Shown one piece after another: positions 40,472-49,497 of a stretch of DNA of 64,000 nucleotides (position 1 is its first letter; every line of letters begins with the position of its first letter). Under the pieces are notes generated by a model. It had not been told where the DNA came from. It ran no database searches and was given only the letters and a program-made list of their open reading frames with translations. A program made the position numbers and the translations under genes. This DNA is from Candidatus Krumholzibacteriia bacterium (GTDB lineage Bacteria; Krumholzibacteriota; Krumholzibacteriia; Krumholzibacteriales; Krumholzibacteriaceae): assembly GCA_963836185.1 (NCBI GenBank), contig CAWIIQ010000001.1, positions 1,728,001-1,792,000 on the forward strand, in the 5' to 3' direction.

Positions 40472-41633
40472 CCTCCCTGCCCGTCACAAGGCGCCGCCAT
40501 TCAGCCTCGGTGATGGAAGCCGCATCCTCCCAGGATCCTCCGCCGTGAGGATAGCCCCCCGGCGCAGACCCTATATCGCTGCTCGTTCCATCATTCACTG
40601 CGTGCCTGATCAGGTTGACCGAAGCTTCCCTGACCCGCTCTCCGGGCTCCTGTCCCGAAAGCAGCCCCTCAGCAAGGAGCCTCAATCTGCCGCTGCCTCT
40701 TCTGTCTGGTGCGGCATTTTTCCAGAGCCTCAAAAGATCCAGCGGCCGCCGCTTAGGGCTGCGTCGGCCATATACGTTATTATTCCGCGCGATCGTGTCC
40801 CTTGCCTCGAGCAAATCGGCAGCGGCTTTAGACCATACCATCGCTGCCTGTTCCTTACCCGTCCAGACCTTCCCTGCGTCAGGATCGACCTTGAACCTGG
40901 TCCACATCGCAGCTTCAGCAGCGAAAGCGTCGCCGAGTTCTTCGCGTATTTCCGATGATTCAGGAGAGGCAAGAAACTCAGCCCTGGCCCTGTAACCGGA
41001 ACGGTAGATCCCTCCGGCACACAGGGCAGCTGTAACGATATCTGTATACACGCGTGATACTCCATATAAAAATCTGTACAGCGGCCTGCCTGCAGGACTG
41101 TCCGTTGCGGGCCGGACGCCGAGGAACGCAGCCATCCTGTTCTCGAGAAGTTTCAGGGCCTCAGCGGCACCTATTTCACTTCTGTCGAAAGATGGAAAGC
41201 GGCGCCGGATTTCATCCTCACCGTGCAGCAGCAGCCCCGTCTCTCTCATATCGAAGATTCCGGGCGAATGCGGAAGCCCGGCGAGTTCATCGCGGGTCAT
41301 CACACCGACGTCTATCGTGCTTTCGAAAACAGCGTCCGGAAGAAGGGCCTCGCACGCTCTTCCTATCTCTGACTTTCGTGGATAAAGCAGGGCATGAGTC
41401 GCGGGGGAAGAGACGACCAGAAGAAGATCTATGTCCGAGAGAAAGACAGGTGCGCCGCCGAGGATCACGACGCTTCCCTCTGATGACGCGAAGCTGCCGG
41501 CAAGGAAAAGCCCAGCGACGTTCCCTGCCCCTGCTTCCTCCACGATCAGATCGCGGCACTGTTCGATGAATCCGGGAAAGGTGTCTGTATACCAGGATCC
41601 GATAGCGCTGTCTTCGCGGCTTTCGCCCTGCAC
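40455..41633 (-). CDS. Pol-beta-superfamily nucleotidyltransferase-like protein
   Basis: LAGSFA...SDIDLLLV (GS...DxD), later IDVG; helical C-terminus. Confidence 0.65.
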   Translation of the reverse strand: MQGESREDSAIGSWYTDTFPGFIEQCRDLIVEEAGAGNVAGLFLAGSFASSEGSVVILGGAPVFLSDIDLLLVVSSPATHALLYPRKSEIGRACEALLPDAVFESTIDVGVMTRDELAGLPHSPGIFDMRETGLLLHGEDEIRRRFPSFDRSEIGAAEALKLLENRMAAFLGVRPATDSPAGRPLYRFLYGVSRVYTDIVTAALCAGGIYRSGYRARAEFLASPESSEIREELGDAFAAEAAMWTRFKVDPDAGKVWTGKEQAAMVWSKAAADLLEARDTIARNNNVYGRRSPKRRPLDLLRLWKNAAPDRRGSGRLRLLAEGLLSGQEPGERVREASVNLIRHAVNDGTSSDIGSAPGGYPHGGGSWEDAASITEAEWRRLVTGREDDRLE

Positions 41634-42398
41634 TTATACCCGCCTGTATATGAACTCGGGGATATAGTATTTCTTTCTGTTGAGCACGGTCCCGAGAAAC
41701 TTTCCTCCGAGTTTCTCGATAGTCATCATCGCTCGCTTGATAACTTCGCGCTTCGTCCTGCCGGACTGCACAACGATAACGGTACCTGTCGCAAATGAAC
41801 CGATGATCGGCGTCTCGGGCGCTTCAAGGATGGCGGAGGTATCGATCAGGACGTAATCGTACATCTCCCGTGTTGCCCGGATGAAGGTAGCCATTTTCTC
41901 CGAATTGAAAAGCGGCTGTGTTATATCCGCTCCCCTCCTCGGCCCCGTAGTGACAACGTCGAGAAAACCATCATCGACAGCATTGATGACCTCTTCGAGA
42001 GGAGCTGATCCGGCAAGATAGTCGAGTAATCCTTTTTCGTTATTCAACCCGAAGAGAGTATGCAGTTCGGGATTGACAACGGCGCAGTCGACGAGCAGAA
42101 CACGGTCGGCCTCGCTCAACGCGAGCATCCGTGCCAGAAAAGCGGTGATCGTCGTCTTGCCTTCCCCTGCTATCGCTGAGGTAAACATGATCACCCTGAA
42201 ATCGCTGTTCTTCAGTTCCGAGTCGATCGAATTCCTCAAGGTCATCAGTCCGCGCCTGAAATTCTCCTCGACGCCGTGGAGGAACTTGCTTTCGACTTCC
42301 TCTCCCCCATCACGCCGGGCGCGGACCTCTCCCTTTCTTCGGTGAGGTCCCGATTTTTTCATCTCAGCTTTTCTGAGCGCGTCGAAGATCTTGCTCAA
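41634..42398 (-). CDS. CpsD/CapB-type BY-kinase
   Basis: MSKIFDALRKAE, GEGKTT, LLVD, YDYVLID and GTVLN. Confidence 0.9.
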   Translation of the reverse strand: MSKIFDALRKAEMKKSGPHRRKGEVRARRDGGEEVESKFLHGVEENFRRGLMTLRNSIDSELKNSDFRVIMFTSAIAGEGKTTITAFLARMLALSEADRVLLVDCAVVNPELHTLFGLNNEKGLLDYLAGSAPLEEVINAVDDGFLDVVTTGPRRGADITQPLFNSEKMATFIRATREMYDYVLIDTSAILEAPETPIIGSFATGTVIVVQSGRTKREVIKRAMMTIEKLGGKFLGTVLNRKKYYIPEFIYRRV

Positions 42399-42416
42399 AT
42401 CGATCTCCCTCCAGGA

Positions 42417-43262
42417 TCACATGGGCCTGTTGCGCCTCTGCGTCACAGGCACTTCCTTGTTCTCCAGATCCCTGATCCCCTCACGGATGATCCTTCCATC
42501 GATCGTCCGCGTATTCGAGACATATCCGATCAGAAGCGCCCTGTCGCAGAGCACATTTATCAGCCTCGGCGTGCCTCCGGAATAATGGAATATCTCGTCC
42601 ATCGCATCTGGAGTGAATACAGGACCACCGTTATGTTTTCCGGCGATATCGAGCCTGTAGTCGATATATCTCTCGAGATCTTCCCTGCTGAGGATGGGTA
42701 TCCTGCATATCCCCGGGATCCGCTGCCTCAGCTGTCGCATCTCGTTGAGATTAAGCATCGTCTCAAGTTCCGGCTGTCCGACCAGCATTATCTGGATGAG
42801 CTTCCTGTCACGTGTCTCGAGATTCGAAAGCATCCGCAGTTCCTCGAGAACATCTGGGCTCAGATTCTGTGCTTCATCTATGATAAGGACCGTGTTCCTG
42901 TTCTTGTCGTACTGATCGAGCAGAAACTTGTTCAATGTCATCAGCATCTGGGCCTTGTTCTGTCCATCGACCTCCAGGCCGAAGTCGTTGCAGACGAGGT
43001 AGAGGAGCTGATCGAAAGGGAACTTTGTCGTGAATACGAACGCGACCTCCAGCGATGGCTGGAACAGATCTATAAACGCGTTCACCACGGTAGTCTTCCC
43101 TACTCCTACCTCCCCCGTTACGGCAATAAATCCCTTCTTCTGGAATATTCCGTAGGTGATGTAGGCCAGCGCATCCCTGTGGCTCGTACTCCTGTAGAGG
43201 AACCTGGGATCAGGCGTGACGTTGAAGGGAAGCTCTTTGAACCCGTAATATTCCTCATACAT
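42417..43262 (-). CDS. ExeA-like AAA ATPase (EPS/PEP-CTERM-associated type)
   Basis: PFNVTPDP, GEVGVGKT, IIDEAQNL, LVGQPEL and GTPRLINVLCD. Confidence 0.9.
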   Translation of the reverse strand: MYEEYYGFKELPFNVTPDPRFLYRSTSHRDALAYITYGIFQKKGFIAVTGEVGVGKTTVVNAFIDLFQPSLEVAFVFTTKFPFDQLLYLVCNDFGLEVDGQNKAQMLMTLNKFLLDQYDKNRNTVLIIDEAQNLSPDVLEELRMLSNLETRDRKLIQIMLVGQPELETMLNLNEMRQLRQRIPGICRIPILSREDLERYIDYRLDIAGKHNGGPVFTPDAMDEIFHYSGGTPRLINVLCDRALLIGYVSNTRTIDGRIIREGIRDLENKEVPVTQRRNRPM

Positions 43263-43267
43263 GGCAA

Positions 43268-44636
43268 TTACTGCTCAGAGTCAGGAAAACTTGCCAGTAC
43301 CTGACATCCAAGTGTCTCCTCGGCCTCGGCCACGTTCTTGATCGAGTGGTCGAGGTTATCGATGAAAAAGGCAAAACCAAGCGCTACGACGAGGCTGAAG
43401 ATCGGCCCCAGCGCCATCCTGACATAATCTCTCGTCTTTTTCTGGTATGCCGGCGCCGCCGGAGAAAGTACCGTTATGTTCCATTCGGGATTGCTTGCCT
43501 TGGTCAGCTTCGCGTTCATATGCTGTTGCGAAAGTTCGTCGTACTGCTTTTCGGCCCTCACGAGGGCCATATTGATGCTCTGCAGCTCGACCTCCATCTG
43601 GGAGAAGACCGCCTTGCCCTCCTCGAGCATCGCGATCTGGGCCATCAGCTCTCTCTCCTTGATCCTAAGCAGATCGAGGTTCGCGCTGTTTACCGTCGAG
43701 AAGGACCTGATCTCCTTGTCCAGGTAGAAATACAGGTCTTCTATCTGCTTCCTCACCTGCTTGAGATCCCTGTGAGCATCAGTGTATTTTACAGAGAGCT
43801 CCGACTCGACCAGCCGGAGATCCATCAGTTTCTCAGTATATCTTTCTATCGCGGTCTGTTTGGCGCCTTCCCGCTGGAGTGTATTCGACAGGGCTGCCTG
43901 CTCGTCGATGTCCAGCGACCTGAAGTCTTCCAGTTTCCGCATTATCTCTCTTTTTTCGGAGATATCCCTTCGTACTTCATCGAGTTCGACCTGGTACCTG
44001 ACCAGGCGATCGAGTGCCGCCCTTTCCTGCTGCTCCATATCGATGATACCCGATTCTGTCTCCAGCTTCGTCTTCTTCTCCCTCAGGTGCGTAATCTCCC
44101 TCTGGAGACTGGACATCTCCTCTGAGAAGAAATCTTCCATCTCCGGTGGAGTCCGTGCATCGAGATAGTATTCCTTGTACGAGTTGATCACAGCGTTCGC
44201 CGCTGCCCTGCAGAAGACCGGATCGCTCGAGGTATATGCGATCCACAAGACATTGGAAGTCCCGACCACCCCGGCGTCGATCCTCCATTCGTTCAGTTTT
44301 TCACCTGTCTCGAACCCTTCGGGGAAATATCTCAGTGACTATCTCCTGGGCTCTGCCGGATACTACCTCCGATTTGATCATCTCTATCTGGGAGGCCATC
44401 TCCTCTTCCCACGACAACGTTCTGATTTGCGTGTTGTAGACGCCTGTGGCCTCTCCTCTCTTCACGAGCAGCCTGCCTGCCGACTCGTATACTGCCGGCT
44501 CCCTCATGTTGAGCAGGAAGACAGCGGCTGTTGAAATCAAAACAACCCCCAGGATCATCCACTTCCGTCGGAAGATTACCTCGAGGAAATCCTTTACAGT
44601 CGATTCCTTGCTTGTAGTCAGGCTCGTTTCCGCCAT
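43268..44636 (-). pseudogene. Wzc/GumC chain-length determinant, frameshifted near 44330 (likely assembly indel)
   Basis: N-terminal ORF (FRRKWMI TM, YES, QIEMIKS) and C-terminal ORF (coiled coil, TM, LDHSIK) join into ~455 aa if one base is removed. Confidence 0.8.
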
Positions 44637-45436
44637 ATTCCTACCTGCCGATAACCCTGGCATAATATTCGTAATAAAGACTCGACGTTGGCTATCTGCC
44701 AACCCTTAAGATACATCTCCATCGGTTTTCCGATAATGTTATACAGCCTGTTTATGAACTGCTCGGTCGTCGCGATCCTCGATTTCGGGACGTATACGAT
44801 ATCAAACGGCTTGAGCGGGATGTCGAGAGAAAAATCGTTCTTCGAGAGTATCCCGTCGATATCGACCTCTATCCCGATGATATGATCCTCCGCTATCCGC
44901 CTGATCACAAGTACATTGCTCTTGCGCGCATCATTGGTATAGCCGTACGCGACTGCCAGAGCCTTTGTGAGAGTCATGTCACGGACATATTCGTAGTCTC
45001 CCGGGGTCCCGACCTCACCGAGGACGTAGACCATCTGGGGCTGAAAATCCCTCACCATCACTGTTATCTGCGGGTCGAGGACGATCTCGGCAAATTTCTC
45101 GGTCAGAACACTGTCGAGGTCTGCCGGGGACATTCCTGCGACAAACATCTCGCCCGCCAGGGGATATGTTATCCTCCCGTCAGGACGGACCTTGATCTCT
45201 TCTCTTGAATATTTCGTCTCGTACAGGAAATTGACGTCCAGCACATCTCCATATCCGATGTAGTAGCTCTCCGCTTCCGGAGCGGCCGGAATACTGTCCG
45301 TATCGAGGTCGGACCATACGACCTCGTCGCCGACCTGATCGTACATCCGGCCGCTTCCGCCGCATCCGGCCACCATGAGCGCAGCCGCAGTCAGCAGAGC
45401 TAACGTTATATACAGGCGAATCTTTCGACCCTTCAT
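44618..45436 (-). CDS. Polysaccharide export lipoprotein (Wza-like); 3' end probably frameshifted, true stop near 44641
   Basis: Lipobox VAG-C, YYIGYGDVL, VRPDGRI, VYVLGEV..PG and LKPFDIVYVPKS. Confidence 0.88.
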   Translation of the reverse strand: MKGRKIRLYITLALLTAAALMVAGCGGSGRMYDQVGDEVVWSDLDTDSIPAAPEAESYYIGYGDVLDVNFLYETKYSREEIKVRPDGRITYPLAGEMFVAGMSPADLDSVLTEKFAEIVLDPQITVMVRDFQPQMVYVLGEVGTPGDYEYVRDMTLTKALAVAYGYTNDARKSNVLVIRRIAEDHIIGIEVDIDGILSKNDFSLDIPLKPFDIVYVPKSRIATTEQFINRLYNIIGKPMEMYLKGWQIANVESLLRILCQGYRQVGIWRKRA

Positions 45437-45493
45437 CGTATCGACCCTTGCAGGGGGCACCGCCGGAACCCGTAAATCAGGTTAACCGGCGAG

Positions 45494-45549
45494 AAGTTAA
45501 CCCGTTAGAGACAGTTTGTCAAACAAGTTTTAGGGCAAGAATGATGCCA
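45494..45549 (-). promoter_or_regulatory. Tandem sigma54 and sigma70 promoter candidates upstream of wza
   Basis: TGGCATCATTCTTGC (GG-N10-GC, 45549-45535) and TTGACA-17-TAACTT (45522-45494). Confidence 0.6.
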
Positions 45550-45557
45550 GACTGGAA

Positions 45558-46253
45558 TCAATAGGCCCCTTTCCTGGCTATCACGGCTGGGATGGTTTTG
45601 AGCATGATCTTCATATCCGTGATAAGGCTTCTGTTGCGGATATATTCCAGATCGAGTCTCATCCACTCCTGGAATCCGATGTGACTTCTACCGGCGATCT
45701 GCCAATAGCATGTGATCCCGGGAGTTACATCCAATCGTCTTCTCTGCCAGGGAAGGTATTGTGAGACCTCAGATGGGAGATTGGGACGCGGACCTACTAT
45801 ACTCATGTCGCCCTTGAGCACGTTAAGAAGCTGGGGAAGTTCATCAAGGCTCGACCGCCTGAGGAACCTGCCTGTGCTGGTGACCCTTGGATCCTCCTTC
45901 AGTTTAAAAACGGGCCCGTCGACGCCGCTGAGGGGCCTCAGAGACGCTATTACGTTCTCTGCCCCTGTATGCATCGAGCGAAACTTGAAAAAATCAAACT
46001 CCCGTCCACTTTTGCCTACCCTCTTCTGCCTGAAAAGGACGGGGCCTGGTGAGTCGAGTTTGATAAGAATGACTATTATGGGTATCACCGGAAGTAACAG
46101 CAACAGGATCAATGATGCTACAGCGATGTCCGTAAATCTCTTAAAGATATCGAAGGTCCTCTTCTTCTCGACTGCCGGGCTGTCGATGGAATCTTCGATC
46201 ATGGAGCTCGCGGGCTCTGTTAAAAGCTCTTGAAGTTCGGGGTACCCAGTCAT
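45558..46253 (-). CDS. Priming sugar transferase (phosphoglycosyl transferase)
   Basis: KFRSM, EDPRVT, SLDELPQ and VGPRP. Confidence 0.93.
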   Translation of the reverse strand: MTGYPELQELLTEPASSMIEDSIDSPAVEKKRTFDIFKRFTDIAVASLILLLLLPVIPIIVILIKLDSPGPVLFRQKRVGKSGREFDFFKFRSMHTGAENVIASLRPLSGVDGPVFKLKEDPRVTSTGRFLRRSSLDELPQLLNVLKGDMSIVGPRPNLPSEVSQYLPWQRRRLDVTPGITCYWQIAGRSHIGFQEWMRLDLEYIRNRSLITDMKIMLKTIPAVIARKGAY

Positions 46254-46262
46254 TGCTCCTCC

Positions 46263-46296
46263 AAAAAAACCCGGATCTGATACTTCAGCCCGGGTT
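46263..46296 (-). terminator. Intrinsic terminator directly upstream of the RBS (attenuator)
   Basis: AACCCGGGCUGA-AGUA-UCAGAUCCGGG followed by U7, then GGAGGAG and the ATG. Confidence 0.75.
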
Positions 46297-46408
46297 CTGG
46301 CGCATTAAAAAAACTGCTGCAGAAACTCACTTCGGGTCAATCATGTTGCCAAAGCTGAAGTAAATACCTGTAGCAGAATTCCCTGAGTACACCTCCTGTA
46401 TAATGCAT

Positions 46409-46438
46409 ATAGTAGCACTAATAGAGCCTCGTTGTCAA
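46409..46438 (-). promoter_or_regulatory. sigma70 promoter of the leader
   Basis: TTGACA-18 nt-TACTAT. Confidence 0.7.
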
Positions 46439-46491
46439 CAGCTATGTTATGGGTACAATACCTGGTTTCCTGAAATCCTGTGTGACCTGGA

Positions 46492-47438
46492 TCAGGAAAG
46501 CAGGGCTGAGTAGATCAGGGGGATCATTATCTCGTGGTGTCCCGTGAGTGATATAGCTTCTCCGCCGAATGCGGAAGGACGAGAAAGGACATTCTCACCG
46601 GGACGGTAATGAGATGTCATATCCAGGTTACAGGCTGTTATCCCTTCGAATCCCGCCCCGAGGTTTCTCGCGACGCTCAAAGCCTTGAGGAATACCTCCG
46701 GCAGTATTACAGCGGAACCGGCATTTACGATGACACCACCGTTCTCACCGAGCCCCCGACTCTTGCGGTAAATATTCTGAAATCCCTCGCCGAAAGTTCA
46801 CCCCAGAGCGCTCCGTCAAAGCCGGGATGCTGCACGACGATATCGGTTCCGATAGCCACGTGAACAGTGACCGGCACATTCTCGGCGGCGGCTCTTGCGG
46901 TGATGCTTACATCCCTGTGCGGAGCGTCGCTCGAGGCGATGAACCGCCCGACCGCCTCGCCCAGCCCGAGCCCTTCCTCAGCTCCCATGTCTACTGCTTC
47001 GAAGAGGAGCGCCGCTGTCTCTTCCGCGAATCCGAAAACGCCCTTCTCGAGCTGCGATGAGACATCCTCGGAAGTCTTCCCGAAGAACGCCAGTTCCAGG
47101 TCATGAATTATTCCCGCTCCGTTGAGGGCCAGAGCAGTAAGGTATCCCTTTTTCATCAGGTCGGCCAGGTATGGAGAGAGGCCGCATTTTATAACATGCG
47201 CACCTGCCATCCAGATCAGTTCCCGGTCCTTCCCCGAGCGCGCTCTGCGCATCGCCAGTGTCAGTTTTCTCAGCCGGCTCACTGCCAGCTGGTCGGGAAG
47301 CGAGTCGAGCCATTTCCGGAATGCCTTGCCGCCCTTGACGGGGGTTCCCATCATGCCGACGGTGACCTTGCTGTCCCTTTCGGAGACAGGCGTGGTCCTC
47401 ACCTTGCCGAGATCGATCTCTTCGTATCCGCTTCCCAT
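46492..47438 (-). pseudogene. Deoxyhypusine-synthase-like conserved protein, frameshifted in a G5 run near 46755
   Basis: GAHVIKCGLSP, NGAGIIHD, VHVAIGTDI; adding one G restores GGVIVNAGSAVILPEVFLKAL...GHHEIMIPL (~315 aa). Confidence 0.75.
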
Positions 47439-48329
47439 CAGGGTGATGATCCTTCCTTTTCGATGATGAGCGGGCCTGTCGGGAGCCACTGTGAACTCCT
47501 TCAGGACAGCCTCGAAAGATCCGACGGCCACTTTCGAGCGCATGAGCACGGGCATCCGGAAGTTATCATCGGTCAGCCATATTGTCAACTTTCCCGTATT
47601 CTCGAAGATAGCGCTCGTCTCGAGGACCGGCTCTATAACCAGGCAGTCGAACTTGCCTGCCTGTACCTCGATCTGCTCCCGGCGAAGGGCCTTGACAAAG
47701 ATCGGATAGTTCTTGCCGTCCGAATGATTCGGCATCCAGACCGCCTGCCCGGGCTCGAGAGGGATCGTCCTGATATAGTAGAGAGCTGAGATGAAATCCT
47801 GGGTGTTCGGAGGGATCCCCACCTCCTCTTCGGGATAGATGGCCAGATGGTTCTGCTGATCGAAATCCACTACCTTGTCCCGTCTGAACTTGCCCTCCCT
47901 GAGGTGTTTCTCGAACCGCAATGTATACAGGTTTTCCATGTCCATGTACGACTCGTGCCTGTCCCTGACCTTGTAGACGACATCGAATGTCTTGTTTGTC
48001 CTGGCGACAGAGACGAGATGATAGGCAGGGCGGCCGTTTAACACTGCATCGCTGCGCACCTCGAGCGTCGCGTCCCCGGCATAGATCAACCCGTACTGGA
48101 TCGCGAATACAAGGTACTCTCCCTCCCCGAACGGAACCATGTCAGGAACCGGATGAACAAGTTCGAAGCCTTCGATCATCTCATACCCGTGATCGGTGCC
48201 GCTGTTCGTTACGACATGAGCGGTTTCCTGGGCTCCCACACCTGCTGCGAATCGACCCGAAATGAGGACACAGAGTGTAATGAGGAGGATAACCGGTATC
48301 CTGCTCCTGATTTTCATTTTCCTCATCAT
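47438..48329 (-). CDS. DUF3108-like exported protein (apparent fusion to the next gene is likely an indel)
   Basis: Signal peptide, GEYLVF..YGLI.AG, QDFISALYYIR, AGKFDC and IWLTDD..MPV. Confidence 0.8.
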
Positions 48330-48435
48330 ATTCCCCTAACATGTTATTATCACATACTATATCGTTTCGTTCACCGCCGGATCACTTTCCCGGCTAACTG
48401 TCGGTCATATATATGTGCAAGGGCCGTGCTCGAAA

Positions 48436-49497
48436 TCAAGCCGTGCCCGGCGCGAGAACCTTTTTGTATACCGCCAGCGTCCCGTCGACCATCTTTTCGA
48501 CATCGAACATGCGTGATCTTTCCAGAGCTCTCGAGGAGAATGATTCCCTGGCGGATGGCTCGACTGCCACTCTTTCGAGCGCTGCCGCGAGTTCTTCCTG
48601 ATTGCCAGGCGTAAAGAGGATCGCTCCATCATCACCTGTCACCTCCGGGATCCCGCCGGCGCTGCTGGCGACACAGGGAAGTCCCGAAGCCATCGCAGCC
48701 ATCAGTCCTGTTGAAAGGCCCTCCTCGATCGAAGGCAGTACGTATATGTCCAGCGTCCTGAGAAATTTTTCCAGCGGATCACCGTTCCCGATCCGGCATA
48801 TCTCCAGATCGATTCCGCGTTTCGCGGCTCCGGAAACTATCGAAACCTCGAGCCGGCCTCTTCCAGCGAGGACATACCGCAACCTGATGCCCCGCGATTC
48901 AAGGATCGATGCCGCATCGAGCAGGACCACGTGCCCTTTTTCCTTCTCGAATGCTGCAGCCGTGCCCACGACAAGCCTTTCCCCTGCTGAACGGTCCCTC
49001 GCGGCTGGAGAGAATCTCGTTAGATCTATGCCGCTGCGGACTATAGTCATCTTCTCGTCGGGGACGCCTCTTGAGCGCAGGCTTCCCGCTGCCGCCTCCG
49101 AGATCGGGATATAGTGCGCCACTCCTTTTCCGTATTTCAATATCGAGGCCAGCCCCCTGCCTCCTCCGAAGGCCGTCCTTCTGCTGACAACGAGTGGAGC
49201 CAGCCCTCTGCTCGCGATAAGAGCATAGGCATGTGCCTTGGAGGTCTGCGTATGGACGATATCAGGTCCCCAACTCTTTATATACTTTCTCAAGCGAAGA
49301 GGAGTCATGAATACCGGCGTCTCGAACGGGGCAGTCATCGATCCAGCGCCGGCAGGCAGCGCCGCTTCAAGTTCGGAGCCCGTCTTGACAGCGAATGCTG
49401 TTTCGATTCCGCGCTTTTGAAGGCGCAGCCCCAGCTCGAGAGTCTGGCTCTCTCCTCCCCGCATCGTCGCGGAACTGTTTATCAGCAGCACTCTCAC
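48436..49497 (-). CDS. Glycosyltransferase family 4 (LPS core)
   Basis: RGGESQ, KGH and PSIEEGLSTGLMAAM. Confidence 0.88.
   Translation of the reverse strand: MRVLLINSSATMRGGESQTLELGLRLQKRGIETAFAVKTGSELEAALPAGAGSMTAPFETPVFMTPLRLRKYIKSWGPDIVHTQTSKAHAYALIASRGLAPLVVSRRTAFGGGRGLASILKYGKGVAHYIPISEAAAGSLRSRGVPDEKMTIVRSGIDLTRFSPAARDRSAGERLVVGTAAAFEKEKGHVVLLDAASILESRGIRLRYVLAGRGRLEVSIVSGAAKRGIDLEICRIGNGDPLEKFLRTLDIYVLPSIEEGLSTGLMAAMASGLPCVASSAGGIPEVTGDDGAILFTPGNQEELAAALERVAVEPSARESFSSRALERSRMFDVEKMVDGTLAVYKKVLAPGTA

Noticed and set aside
46337-46408. 23-codon leader peptide (MHYTGGVLREF...) in the attenuator leader
   Set aside because: The ATG lies at or before the predicted TSS, has no RBS, and shows no telling codon run.
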